A stretch of 64,000 nucleotides of DNA from an uncultured Actinomycetota bacterium (GTDB lineage: Bacteria > Actinomycetota > Actinomycetes > JBEVHX01): contig CAWIIE010000015.1 of NCBI GenBank assembly GCA_963836025.1, positions 99,676 through 163,675 on the forward strand, given 5' to 3'. The notes beneath the pieces are model-generated. The model did no database searches. It saw nothing but the letters and a program-made list of their open reading frames with translations, and had not been told where the DNA came from. This document shows positions 30,505 to 41,003 of the stretch, piece by piece (position 1 is the first letter of the stretch; every line of letters starts with the position of its first letter). A program made the position numbers and the translations under genes.

Positions 30505-31497
30505 TCACAGGGCGCGCGCCTCGCGCTGCGCGGCGCCGGGGGAGGGTCGCTGGGCGTATGTGGGGGCTTGTCGCTGCAGGCTCGTTTCGTATGGCGGCGC
30601 AAGCCGAACTCGGCTGGCGGGTTTGTGACCGACGTACTTGGCGATCCGGCGTTGCTGCGCCGCCGTGAGTGACACGGGCTCGCCTCGTGCGTGGGCCGTG
30701 CGGATGGAGATGAGCAGGCTGTCTTGTTTGGCGTTGTGCCGAAACCTTCTGGACCCGGCCATGACTGCCACCAGCGCTGCAGACTGGTCGGCAGATAGCG
30801 CGAGCCGAGCCAGGACGGGGTCACGCCGTGCTTCGCGCTCCCACAGCCCAGCCGCGCTGACGATGAACAGGTCGGCCAGGCGATCAACCGCTGAACGCGT
30901 CACAGCTTCGTCCGCACCGTGGTGGATGAGGAGATCGATGAACGCCGAATACCACGGCTCGCGATCCGTCATCAGCTTTGCCCAGGGCACGGCCAGCTGG
31001 TCCAGGAGGGGTCGCACGTCGTGGTGACCGACCTGCCGAATCACGCTTATGTCCACCGCGCCGCTCGGCTCGTGGCGGAATGCGACAGCCAACTCCGCCG
31101 GAGACGCCCCGAGCAGTCGTATCCGTGACGGCAGCAGGTGTCGGGCGCGGCCGCGCACGGCGCTCGCGCTGGTGAGAAGTTGCTGTGCCCTGGCGTCCGC
31201 GGCGACTTGTCGCTGCGCGGAGTACATCAGGTGGGCCCACGGTCGATCCGCATTCATCACTTCGGTGGTGTGCCCATGCAACACGATCCACGCGGCCGTC
31301 AGCACATCATCGGCGAGCCCGCGGTCTGCGGCGGCACCGGTCGTTGCGCGGACCCGAGCGGCGTTGCGGACGGCGTGACGCCGGATCTCGCTGAGCAGTT
31401 CCTGTCCCGCGGGCACATCCCAGGAGCGTGCTCGGTCGACCTGGCGGAGCGCGTGACGCAAGCCGTCGTCGGTTCGCACGTCGAAGGCCGTGTTCAT
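30505..31497 (-). CDS. Hypothetical protein, 330 aa
   Basis: Long uninterrupted ORF next to an att-like site; no motif recognised. Confidence 0.65.
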   Translation of the reverse strand: MNTAFDVRTDDGLRHALRQVDRARSWDVPAGQELLSEIRRHAVRNAARVRATTGAAADRGLADDVLTAAWIVLHGHTTEVMNADRPWAHLMYSAQRQVAADARAQQLLTSASAVRGRARHLLPSRIRLLGASPAELAVAFRHEPSGAVDISVIRQVGHHDVRPLLDQLAVPWAKLMTDREPWYSAFIDLLIHHGADEAVTRSAVDRLADLFIVSAAGLWEREARRDPVLARLALSADQSAALVAVMAGSRRFRHNAKQDSLLISIRTAHARGEPVSLTAAQQRRIAKYVGHKPASRVRLAPPYETSLQRQAPTYAQRPSPGAAQREARAL

Positions 31498-31593
31498 GGC
31501 GCGGTGGTCCGGGTGTACCGGTTGGGGTGTTCTTCGGCGGCAGGCGCAGATCTTGTTCGGGGGGCTGCGCGGCCGTGACGCGCGCGGGCTTCA

Positions 31594-31730
31594 GTTGCAG
31601 TTTTGGTTGCAGTTCATTCCCGTACACGGGGGTGCAGGCAGGACTACCAAACCGCCCTGACCTGCATAGATGCAGGTTGGTGTACGTCGGTGAATACCGC
31701 GCGGCAAGACTCGTAATGCGTAGGTCTGGG
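31594..31730 (+). mobile_element. att-like site: tRNA-Thr-derived core with arm-type repeats
   Basis: CTCGTAATGCGTAGGTCTGGG (31710-31730) is identical to 51907-51927; GTTGCAGTT direct repeat at 31594 and 31606. Confidence 0.75.
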
Positions 31731-32412
31731 TACCCGGCCGATTTCGGTGTTGCGGCGCACGCCGAATGCGTCGCGCTCTGACTCGCTTGGCTGTGGTTTC
31801 GCGACGTTGGCTTCGCGCGGTTCTTTCTCTTCCCGTTCGGCCGCTGCGCGACCAAGGCGGGGTTGATGGTCAGGATGTTCTGCAGTACGTGCGGGAAGCC
31901 CTCGGCGCGATCGACCCCCCGCACAACGCGTTGATACCAAGCCGTGTTGGATCATGCTTCGTGTGTCCGATTGGCTGGCATCGCGTTGACACCGGGCCAA
32001 CGGTTGGCATGACGAACAAGCCATCCCTCACGACGCATACGCTTGTGGTCATTCACTGCCCATGCGTATTGGGCATGGCGGACGCCGCCCCATGAGACAG
32101 CATCGATCGCGACCTGGGCCTTTTGATTCGGCGTCAGAGGGCCGGGGTGTTCGGACAGGATTCACGTCATCCGCGCACTCTGGGTTCGCGTGCGATTGTG
32201 ACGCAACCCGAGAAGGGTCTTCGGCAGCATCGCAAACGTCCGCGACGTGGTCCCCGAGAACGGCACCGCGGTCCCCGGCGTCGTGGGGAAAGTGGCGGCA
32301 CGACTTTGCTGTGTGTGGCAGGCCATTCCGTCGGGTGCGACGCGCCGCCGTCGAGCGCGATCTGCGGTCCCTGGTGGATGCTGGCCACGAAAGGGCGGGG
32401 CTTGGTGGGTGC

Positions 32413-33367
32413 TCAGGGTTGGCGGCCGAAGTCGGCGTCCGCGGTGGCTTGGAGTTCGCGGATCTGGTCGGGGGTGGGACACCAATTGGACGTGAAGCCG
32501 GTGGTGTCCCAGCCGGCGAGGTGAGCGCCGGCCTGATAGGCGCTTTGGCAGAACGCGAGCAGCTTTGTCCGGGGGTGGTTGGCTGGTTCGGACGGTTTCG
32601 TATGGGAGCACCGCGAGCGAGCCGGCGCCGTATTGGATCCATTCGCCCGCGGCGAGCGGCTGGTCGCGCAGCCCGTCGGGTTCGGGGGCGGTGTAGGAGT
32701 AGTAGGTGGCGTCGCCGACGGTGTCGTCGCCGGGCCAGAACCCGAAGGAGATGACCTCGTGGGAGTAGGCCTCCTGGCTGACCGGATCGGAGTCGAGTCG
32801 TGCGGCGGGTCGGCCGGAGAAGCGGGTGACGGCGAGGTCGAGGCTGTGCCAGAACAGGTGCACCGGGCTGGTTTTGCCGTTGAACCAGCCGCTGAACTCC
32901 TCGAAGACGGTGTCGGACCAGTCGAGGACGTGGCCGAACCGCGTGACGGCGTCGCGGTCCCATGCCGCATGGTCGTGGTCCTGTGGAAACGGCGTTGTCA
33001 TCGGGACGCCGAACGGCTGTTCCCTGATCGGGACGTCGATGCCGAGGTCGGCGAGGGCCGCGTGGATGCGGGCGTCGAAGTCGGCGACTGCTACGCCGGT
33101 CCCGAGTCCGAACGACTGGGTGCGGCCGTCGGCGGTTCGGATGACCAGGGCGTGCTTGAGGAAGTCGAGGGTGATCTCGAACGTGGTGCCGTGGTGATGC
33201 AACCGGCGGGTCGTCAGGCCGTGCACGTCGACGTAGAGCGGGGCGTTCCACCAGTGGTTGCGCGGCGGGGTGGTCGTGAGCCGGATCTTGCCCAGGATCT
33301 GCGCGTACAGATGCAGGGTGTCCTTCGTTGCCCGCCAGTCGGCCAGGCGCAGCTCCGGCAGTGTCAT
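32413..33367 (-). CDS. DUF5996 family protein (frameshift ~32575)
   Basis: TLHLYAQILGKIRL, NHWW, GKTSPVHLFWHSLDLAVTRFSG and EAYSHEVISFGFWPG. Confidence 0.88.
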
Positions 33368-33642
33368 GGCTCGCCCACAACGAAAGCGACGTTGTCCAGG
33401 TAGCACCAGCTCCAGTCCTCTCCGGGTTCGGCGGAGCGGACTATCGGGTGTCCGGTGTGCCGGGCGTGTGCGGTGGCATGCCTGTTCGGCGAGCTGTCGC
33501 AACAGCTGATGTGCCCACAGGACTGGCACATCCGCAGATGCACCCAAGTGCCCCCGACGGCGAGACAGTCGGCGCAGCCGGCGATCACATCCGGCAGCCT
33601 CGTGACCGTGACACGCTCAAGATGCGAGCAAACCGGGCTCAT
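33364..33642 (-). CDS. UBP-type zinc finger protein
   Basis: CSHL...CADC...WVHLRMCQSCGHISCCDSSPNRHATAH...WSWCY. Confidence 0.92.
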   Translation of the reverse strand: MSPVCSHLERVTVTRLPDVIAGCADCLAVGGTWVHLRMCQSCGHISCCDSSPNRHATAHARHTGHPIVRSAEPGEDWSWCYLDNVAFVVGEP

Positions 33643-34179
33643 CCGTGCATCACCTCGATCAGGGTGGCCGCGTCGTAGGCGCCACGGTGCACGACACCGT
33701 CGATGAACAGCGTCGGGGTGCCCAGAACCTGACCCGACGACATTCCGCTGTCGATGTCTCGTCGAATTCGGGCGAGGACGTCGGTCCCGATTCGGTCGCG
33801 GTCGAACCTGGTCAGGTCCAGCGCGAGTTCGGCGGCATATCGCCGCAGGTCGTCATCGGCGAGCGCCTTCTGATGGTGAAAGAGCACCTCGTGCATGTCC
33901 CAGAACCCGTGTTGGCCTGCGGCTGCCTCGGCGGCCGCGGCGGCCAAGAGGGCGTGTGGGTGGATCTCGGTCAGCGGGAAGTGCCGGAACGCGAAACGGA
34001 CATCGCCCATCGAGCTGCTTCTCAACCTTCTCGATCTCGCGAAACGCTTGCCGTGAGTACGGGCACTGGTAGTCGCCGTACATGAGGATGAGCTGACCGG
34101 ACGCTCGTCCGCGGACGTGATCGATCGTCTCGTCCAGCGGTTGCGGCGTCGGCCGGTCCGGGAGCTCGTCCACCGCCAC
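33639..34179 (-). CDS. DsbA family protein with CPYS motif (frameshift ~34010)
   Basis: DHVRG, YGDYQCPYS, FRHFPLTEIHP and GTPTLFIDG. Confidence 0.88.
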
Positions 34180-34217
34180 GACGTCTCCTCTCCCTTGCGC
34201 AGGTATCGTCGCGCGAC

Positions 34218-34844
34218 TCAGAAGCCGACCGGCTCTCGGATGAGCACGATGTGAATGCGGCCCGGCAGCTCCTGATGAATCTCCAGGATCTTGCCGACCG
34301 CGCTGTGCTGCCCGTATGCGGCCTGTGCCCTGGCGTCTTCGAGTACCAGGCTGTGCCGGTAGATCCGTTCCCGAGCCGCTTCCAAGGTGGGGACGAGTTT
34401 CTGCGCGCCGACAACGAAGATGACCTTGGCCGCACCCCAGGCGTAGGAGGCGAGCTGGCTGCCCGAAGCCGAGGCGATCACAACGGTGCCGTCGCGGGTG
34501 ACCGCATGCACGCTTCCCAGCGCGTAGTCCGGCTGGCCGCCGATCACCTTCATCTCCTGCACCTGGGTGGCGAAGTCGAGCGCGAGCATCTTGTTGCGCG
34601 CCGACTCGAACGATCCGCCGCCGTTGACCGCGTCCGCGAGGCCGGTCTCCTCAAGCGTGACCGAGGTGTTGGTCATCACCGACGAGCCTCGGGGTATCCG
34701 GGCCAGGACAGCATCCCGGGCCGCGGCCAGATCGTCGACAACCTCGACGCTGAACCCGTGCTCCTCCAACGCAACCACGGTCGCCGCCAGCGTCGGCTCA
34801 TCGGGCAACGTGGTGAACCGCTCAGATACGGCTGTTGCAGTCAT
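34218..34844 (-). CDS. LUD domain (LutC/YkgG-like) protein
   Basis: DYALGSVHAVTRDG...ASGSQL...VIFVVGAQKLV...GF. Confidence 0.85.
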   Translation of the reverse strand: MTATAVSERFTTLPDEPTLAATVVALEEHGFSVEVVDDLAAARDAVLARIPRGSSVMTNTSVTLEETGLADAVNGGGSFESARNKMLALDFATQVQEMKVIGGQPDYALGSVHAVTRDGTVVIASASGSQLASYAWGAAKVIFVVGAQKLVPTLEAARERIYRHSLVLEDARAQAAYGQHSAVGKILEIHQELPGRIHIVLIREPVGF

Positions 34845-34868
34845 CGGTTTAGGCCCTTCCAGGAGTCA

Positions 34869-34921
34869 ACTTGAACCTTCAAGTCATCCAACAGTGCGCG
34901 CCATGACTTGAACTGTCAAGT
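34869..34921. promoter_or_regulatory. Two MarR-type operators
   Basis: ACTTGAACCTTCAAGT (34869-34884) and ACTTGAACTGTCAAGT (34906-34921) between divergent genes. Confidence 0.8.
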
Positions 34922-34940
34922 GATCGACTAGACTGAACCC

Positions 34941-35447
34941 ATGCCTCGCGCGTCCGACAAGCGGCCCACCAGGGCGGCGTCACGACCGAGCCGCTGGCTG
35001 AGCCCCGACGAGGAGGCCGCCTGGCGGGCGCTGGCCAGCGTCTGCCTGACGCTGCCCTGGGCGCTGGAATGCCAGCTGCAACGGGACGCCGGCTTGAGCT
35101 TCATCGAATACCACGTTCTGGCCAGACTGTCCGAAGAGCCCGAGCACACACTGCGGATGAGCGTCCTGGCCGACCTGACCCATTCGTCACTTTCCCGGCT
35201 CTCTCACTTGATGAAGCGGCTTGAAACCCGTGGGCTGGTTCGCCGCGAGCCAGACCCCACCGATGGCCGCTTCACCAACGCGATCCTCACCAAAACGGGC
35301 CACAAGAAGCTCGTCGCCAGCGCACCGGCCCACGTCCAGACCGTGCGATCGCTCGTGATCGACGCCTTCAGCCCGGACGAGCTACGCCAAGTCCACGATT
35401 CCTCCCGGCGACTCCTGCTTCGCATACCTGCGACCGGCGCGCCGTGA
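34941..35447 (+). CDS. MarR family regulator
   Basis: WLSPDEEAAWR, SLSRLSH and GLVRREPDPTDGR. Confidence 0.92.
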   Translation: MPRASDKRPTRAASRPSRWLSPDEEAAWRALASVCLTLPWALECQLQRDAGLSFIEYHVLARLSEEPEHTLRMSVLADLTHSSLSRLSHLMKRLETRGLVRREPDPTDGRFTNAILTKTGHKKLVASAPAHVQTVRSLVIDAFSPDELRQVHDSSRRLLLRIPATGAP

Positions 35448-35514
35448 GGCGACATGCAGCGCGGCCGAGCCGAAGGGTCCGTCCGCCGGACCGGTTCCGA
35501 CCGCAACCCGGCTG

Positions 35515-36198
35515 TCAACTAATTAGTCCGGCGATGAGGTTGATGGCGCCTGCCACGATCACCACACCGAACACATACGACAGCCCCGCGTGGCCCAGGA
35601 CAGTTCGTCGGATCCGGGGATCGCGCACCGTGGTGTCGGAGACCTGATAGGTCATGCCGATGGTGAACGCGACGTACGCAAAGTCGCGGTACGTGGGTCG
35701 CGCTTCGGCGGCCGAGTCACCGAAGACGATGCCGGTGGTGTTCGAGCCGAAGTACAGGTGTGCGTAGCGCAGGCTGTACTGCGTGTTGGCCACGGTCCAG
35801 GACAGCATGACGGTCAGCACCGCAACGCCGACCAGCAGCGCCTGCCGCGAGCCGCTCTCCCGGCCCGCCAGGTGGAGGGCGAAACCGACACCGAGCAGGC
35901 TGGCCAGGCAGGCGCTGAGCAGCAGCAGCGCGGCGGAACCACGCGTCTGGTCCTCGACCGTGGCGAGGCGCTCGGTGTGCGTGCTGTCCGCTCGAAGGAT
36001 GATCGGCCAGGCGGCGGTGAGGAAGGCAGCGGCCGCGGCGTCCCACCCCACGATCACGGCCAACTCCCACGCCGTGTACCGCCCGAGCACAATCGCGACG
36101 ATGGCCCCGATACCGGCCACGATGACGGCTCGCCGAAGCGCTGGCGCGTGCCACCCCACTGACCGGTGATACAGCGTCCGCGACGGCATGCTCACCAT
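35515..36198 (-). CDS. DUF1345 membrane protein
   Basis: LRYAHLY and DFAYVAFTIGMTYQVSDT. Confidence 0.9.
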   Translation of the reverse strand: MVSMPSRTLYHRSVGWHAPALRRAVIVAGIGAIVAIVLGRYTAWELAVIVGWDAAAAAFLTAAWPIILRADSTHTERLATVEDQTRGSAALLLLSACLASLLGVGFALHLAGRESGSRQALLVGVAVLTVMLSWTVANTQYSLRYAHLYFGSNTTGIVFGDSAAEARPTYRDFAYVAFTIGMTYQVSDTTVRDPRIRRTVLGHAGLSYVFGVVIVAGAINLIAGLIS

Positions 36199-36520
36199 GG
36201 TCGGAGTATCTCCGCTCAGCTCACGTCACGATCCGCGGCCCGCGTGAGCACCCGATCGGCGTCACCGGCTCACGCCACCCTCGCTGCGTTTCATGACCGG
36301 GCTTGGCCGTTTGACAGGACCGTGACGCTGGGCGGGCTCAGCCTGCGTTGCGGTGTTCAGGCTCAGTCTCAACGGCCGCTCACTCAGCTCGAGTTGGTTC
36401 TGTATCCGGGCCGACAGAGCCACCGAACCGTCTGGCATACCGCCTTTGCTTGACAATTACGAAACTAGTCGTATCGTTTCTCTAGACGCGCGTCCGTGGT
36501 TCGCGGGAGAGGAGACGCAC

Positions 36521-37504
36521 ATGCAGATGCAGCTGTCACGGCTCGGGAGCGCACAGCTGGGAGGCACCGGTCTGGAGATCAGCCGAGTTGGCTTCGGCGC
36601 GTGGGAGCTCGGGGGCGGTGGCCGGGAGTTCGGCGCGGGTGCACAGCAGGACCAGGAGTCGATCGAGACGATCCATCGGGCGCTGGAGCTCGGGGTGAAC
36701 TGGATCGACACGGCGGCCTCCCACGATTTCGGACATTCCGAGGAGCTGGTGGGCCGCGCCCTGACCGGCGTCGACCAGCCCCCGTACGTGTTCACCAAGG
36801 GGTCGCTGATGCCCGGGTCGGGCGGCCGCCTGCTGCGCGGCCGGCAGCGCGACTCGATCCTTGGTCAGGCCGAGGCCAGCCTGCGGCGGCTCGGTGTGGA
36901 CGCGATCGACCTCTACCAGATCCAGTGGCCGAACCCCGACGCGGGCATCGAGGAGGGGTGGTCGGCGGTTGCCGAGCTGAGGGAGCGGGGGCTGGTTCGT
37001 CACATCGGCGTCGCGAACTTCGACCTGGACCAGTTGCGGCGGATTCAGGCGATCGCACCGGTTGAGACGCTGCAGTCGCCCTACTCGCTGTTCGCGCGCG
37101 ACGCCGAGGCCGGGATCCTGCCGTTCGCCCGCAACCAGGGCATCGGGGTCATCGTCTACTCGCCGATGGGTTCCGGGCTGCTTGCCGGCAGGACGACCTG
37201 GGAGCGGATCGTGAGCCCGCCGCGCGACGACTGGTCCGCGCGCGATGCGCGCGTCATGGAACTGCGGCTGTCGCGACACCTCGACCTGGCCGAGCGGCTC
37301 CGGACGGTCGCCGCCCGACACGACACCACACCGGGCGCGGTCGCGGCGGCCTGGACGCTGCGCAACCCGGCGGTCCACGGCGCGATCGTCGGCTTCCGGA
37401 GGCCCGACCAGGTCGAGGAGGTGCTCGACGCGGCCCGCCTCGAGCTCAGCGACCAGGATGCGGCCAACATCGAAGCCGCCGGCCGACCGGGGGAGAGGCG
37501 ATGA
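36521..37504 (+). CDS. Aldo/keto reductase (possibly degenerate active site)
   Basis: GVNWIDTAASH, VFTK, IDLYQIQWP and YSPMGSG; the usual catalytic Tyr and His appear replaced by His and Gln. Confidence 0.88.
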   Translation: MQMQLSRLGSAQLGGTGLEISRVGFGAWELGGGGREFGAGAQQDQESIETIHRALELGVNWIDTAASHDFGHSEELVGRALTGVDQPPYVFTKGSLMPGSGGRLLRGRQRDSILGQAEASLRRLGVDAIDLYQIQWPNPDAGIEEGWSAVAELRERGLVRHIGVANFDLDQLRRIQAIAPVETLQSPYSLFARDAEAGILPFARNQGIGVIVYSPMGSGLLAGRTTWERIVSPPRDDWSARDARVMELRLSRHLDLAERLRTVAARHDTTPGAVAAAWTLRNPAVHGAIVGFRRPDQVEEVLDAARLELSDQDAANIEAAGRPGERR

Positions 37505-37655
37505 CCGCGATCGATCGTCGCGGTGACGGCGGGCGTGACGAATACCTGATGCTCGGCACCGCCCGCGCTTCCGGGTACGGCAACGCGGTTGTGATCCGTA
37601 TGCTCGCCGACATGGTCACGGCGCCACCCGGTCGAACGCCCGGATCGGGGACCGC

Positions 37656-38279
37656 TTGACCAGCACCGCCGAAGCCACCCGAGCACCCGGACGTCCGCGC
37701 AGCGAACGGGCACACAAGGCGATCCTGGCGGCCGCGATGCAGGCCTTGCTCGACCAAGGCCTGCACGCGATGAGCATGGACGACGTCGCACGGCGCGCGG
37801 GCGTCAGCAAGGCCACCATCTATCGGTGGTGGCCCTCGAAGGAGCGGCTGGCGCTGGACGCGCTCGCCACCGAATGGGCAACCACGCCGTCAGCCGCCGA
37901 GCGGCACACCGGCAGCCTGCGCGGCGACCTGATGACCCGGTTTCGGCCCTGGCTTCGACAGTTGAACCGCAAGCCCTACGCCCGCGTCGTCGCCGGCCTG
38001 GTCGCGGAGGCGCAGACGAACCCCGAGTTCGCCGACCTGTACCGCAAACACTTCGTCCAACCCCGCCGCGACGCCACCCGCGAACTTCTCATCCGAGCCC
38101 GCGACCGCGGCGAGATCGCCGCCAACACCGACTTCGAAGTCACCCTCGACCTGTTGTACGGCCCCATCTATCACCGCCTGCTGCACGGCCACGCCCCGCT
38201 CACCGAGCGATTCGCCCGGCAAGTCATCGACAACGTCGTCACCGCGATCACCGATAACGGCCGCACCGGCCCGCAGTGA
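37656..38279 (+). CDS. TetR family regulator (a different subfamily)
   Basis: GRPRS...VARRAGVSKATIYRWWPSKE. Confidence 0.92.
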   Translation: MTSTAEATRAPGRPRSERAHKAILAAAMQALLDQGLHAMSMDDVARRAGVSKATIYRWWPSKERLALDALATEWATTPSAAERHTGSLRGDLMTRFRPWLRQLNRKPYARVVAGLVAEAQTNPEFADLYRKHFVQPRRDATRELLIRARDRGEIAANTDFEVTLDLLYGPIYHRLLHGHAPLTERFARQVIDNVVTAITDNGRTGPQ

Positions 38280-38803
38280 GCCCGCCCGGTTTGCCGGCGC
38301 TCACACGCGAGCCGACCACCTGCCGAAATCGGCCAACCGACACCTTGCGGACGACGTGCCGCACGAGGCCGAAGAACGCGTCGGGCTGCTGCGAGTCCCA
38401 CGCCACGAGGGCCCTCTCGGCGTACCAGGCGCTATGGGTTTCGAGCAGATCCAGAAGAGTGTCGAGTACAGGCTCGACGAAGAACCGTCGAGCAAGTCGC
38501 CGATCCGGACCCGGGTGAACTCATCAAGCGGCCCGGCCTCCGGCGGGGTGCCCTCGGGCCGCAGGTGAACCGGAACCCCGCACGAGGTGACTGTCGGGAG
38601 AGGTGTCACGTTCACGGCCGCCAGCGTGCTCACCGGGCAACGGTGGCTTTGACGTCGGTCTGTGTCGCCGGCGGTCACGAGAAGGTCCGTGGATGCGGTG
38701 CGGGTGGGTGATACCAAGCCGTACCAACACGTTTCGCTTGCCTTGGCGGGGTACGCCCGGCGGGCTACAGTCGCGGGACCGGTAAACCGTCAACAAGGGA
38801 GCG

Positions 38804-39544
38804 GTGACGACGATGGCTGCTGAGACCCCGACGATTGTCCTGGTCCATGGTGCCTGGGCCGATGCGACGGGCTTCGACGCTGAGATCCGCGCCCTGCGGG
38901 ACCGCGGCTATTCCGTCATCGGGTTCGGCAACCCGCTTCGCGATCTGGCTGGCGACGCCGCCTACTTGGCCGAGTTCCTGCGGACCCTGACCGGTCCGAT
39001 CGTGCTGGTCGGCCACTCCTACGGCGGCAATGTGATCTCCGTCGCCGCTACCGGCAACGATCAGGTTCGGGCGCTGGTGTATCTCAACGGCTGGATGTGC
39101 GACGTGGGCGAGAGCCAGCAGCAGCTGCTCGAGAAGTTCGAAGGCAGCCTTGTGGGGCCTTCGATCAGGCCGGTTCCGTTCACCAACCCGGACGGGAGCG
39201 AGGGCACCGACCTCTACCTCGCCCCCGAGGCGTTCCGCGAGGCCTTCGCCGCCGATGTCGATGCTGAGACGGCCGCGGTGATGGCCGCGGCACAGCGGCC
39301 GTACGCCGCCGCCGCGTTCGCGGCCACGCCGTCGGCCCCGCCGGCGTGGAACACGCTGCCGTGCTGGTATTTGCTCGGTACCGAGGACAAGGCGATCCCA
39401 CCGGCGCTGCAGCGGTTCATGGCCGAGCGCGCGAACGCGACGATCGTGGAGGTGCCGGCTTCGCACGTCTCGTTCGTGTCCCAGCCCGAGGCCGCGACCC
39501 AACTCATCCTGCAGGCCGTCGAGGCGACAGCCGCAGCCGGCTGA
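38804..39544 (+). CDS. Alpha/beta hydrolase
   Basis: VLVHGAWAD, GHSYGG, EDKAIP and ASH. Confidence 0.92.
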   Translation: MTTMAAETPTIVLVHGAWADATGFDAEIRALRDRGYSVIGFGNPLRDLAGDAAYLAEFLRTLTGPIVLVGHSYGGNVISVAATGNDQVRALVYLNGWMCDVGESQQQLLEKFEGSLVGPSIRPVPFTNPDGSEGTDLYLAPEAFREAFAADVDAETAAVMAAAQRPYAAAAFAATPSAPPAWNTLPCWYLLGTEDKAIPPALQRFMAERANATIVEVPASHVSFVSQPEAATQLILQAVEATAAAG

Positions 39545-40344
39545 CCAGCGCGGCTGACCGGCGCGCGTCGGCGTCCGGATAAGCGCCGAAAAGGTGTGAG
39601 AGACAACTAGGCATCCTGCGATGCCTGACGCCGCGACCAATCCACTGAAGACCTGTGACCCTGATCCCCGAGGCGGATGTCCCCGAGATCATCGAAGGCG
39701 ATCGAGAACTGACGGCGGGAGATCGTGACACTCCGCGCAACGGAGCCCGACACCGATATCGACTCGGCAATTCAGCTGCCCGGCCCCGTTCTTCATTTCG
39801 CACGCATTCGCCAAGGTAACCGTCAAGAACCAGCAACTGCCGAACGTGATGTGCCCTCAGGTTCCGCCGGGCCGGGTACTCGTGGCCACCCGACCGTGAA
39901 GGTGACCAACAACACCCCGCGTTCGTAAACGTTCGGGTGCGATGACGAATACGGGTGAACGTCGGGAAGGGTGGATTGAAGAGTTGCCGTTGCGCACTGT
40001 AAGAGCGGCCGCATAACCCGACATCACCGATACGTGGTCGCCCCATCAGGGTCGTGTAGTCGCGTTCCGGCGTTGACAGTCCAGCAACGCCAGGTATTCG
40101 GGTCCCTCCAGGCCCCACCAGCCAGGTCAGCCCTCCGCTGCCGCGTAGCCGTCGAGCGAGGTGATGAAGTCCACCAACAGTTCTGGCATCGGATGTCCTC
40201 TCGCTCGTGGCACGTGAGCGCCCTTTCAGCCGCTCGCTGGCTGGTGCGAAGGCACGGCAGCCGTTGGCTTTGGTGCACGGAGCCTCGGTGACGGCAACCC
40301 CGACACACGTTCAGGCTGCCGTTCTACGGCGGGGGCCCACGCGA

Positions 40345-40938
40345 TCAGTCGGCGCTGATCTGGAGCCGGATTGTGTTGCGTACCCAGCGCCTGTACTGGT
40401 CGAGCGACCAGCCTCGTTCGATGACGAGGCTCCTGTAGGTACCGACGTTGATGAGGCCCCACAGCATGTCCGCGAACGTGCCGACACGGATCTTCGGTTG
40501 CAGCGCGCCCTCTCGCTTGAGCCGGCGCCCGAGGTCGAACAACTCGCGGTAGCGTTCCTCCTCGCGCGGTCGCAAGGTCTGCTCGACCTCGGGGTGCTGC
40601 CGTCGGGCCATCGCGAGGGCCTCGTGGATCCGCCACACGGCGGCGGCGACCTCAACGTCAACGGCGATCGTCGCGTCGAGCGCATCCAACGCGCTCATCG
40701 TGGTCGTGATCGGATGCCGCTGGAGAACCGGGACGACGTCCGTGGCGTAGATGTGCAGATGGAGGGCAGTCAGGAGCTCGGCCTTGGACGAGAAGTGGAG
40801 GTAGATCGCCTGGCGTGAAACGCCGGCCTTTTTCGCGACGGCCCCGAGGCCGGCGCCGTAGTAGCCGAGCTCCTCGAACATCTCGCGCGCCGCGTCGAGG
40901 ATCTGGGTCCGGGTCTCGGAACGCCCAACACTTGACAT
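40345..40938 (-). CDS. TetR family regulator
   Basis: VAKKAGVSRQAIYLHFSSKAELL. Confidence 0.92.
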   Translation of the reverse strand: MSSVGRSETRTQILDAAREMFEELGYYGAGLGAVAKKAGVSRQAIYLHFSSKAELLTALHLHIYATDVVPVLQRHPITTTMSALDALDATIAVDVEVAAAVWRIHEALAMARRQHPEVEQTLRPREEERYRELFDLGRRLKREGALQPKIRVGTFADMLWGLINVGTYRSLVIERGWSLDQYRRWVRNTIRLQISAD

Positions 40939-40974
40939 GCTGTAAAGCGTATGGCTACTTTACAGGCTGTCAAG
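40931..40974. promoter_or_regulatory. Two inverted TetR operators
   Basis: CTTGACATGCTGTAAAG (40931-40947) and CTTTACAGGCTGTCAAG (40958-40974). Confidence 0.8.
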
Positions 40975-41003
40975 TCTGACCGATGCCGGAGGAGTGGGTG
41001 CAC

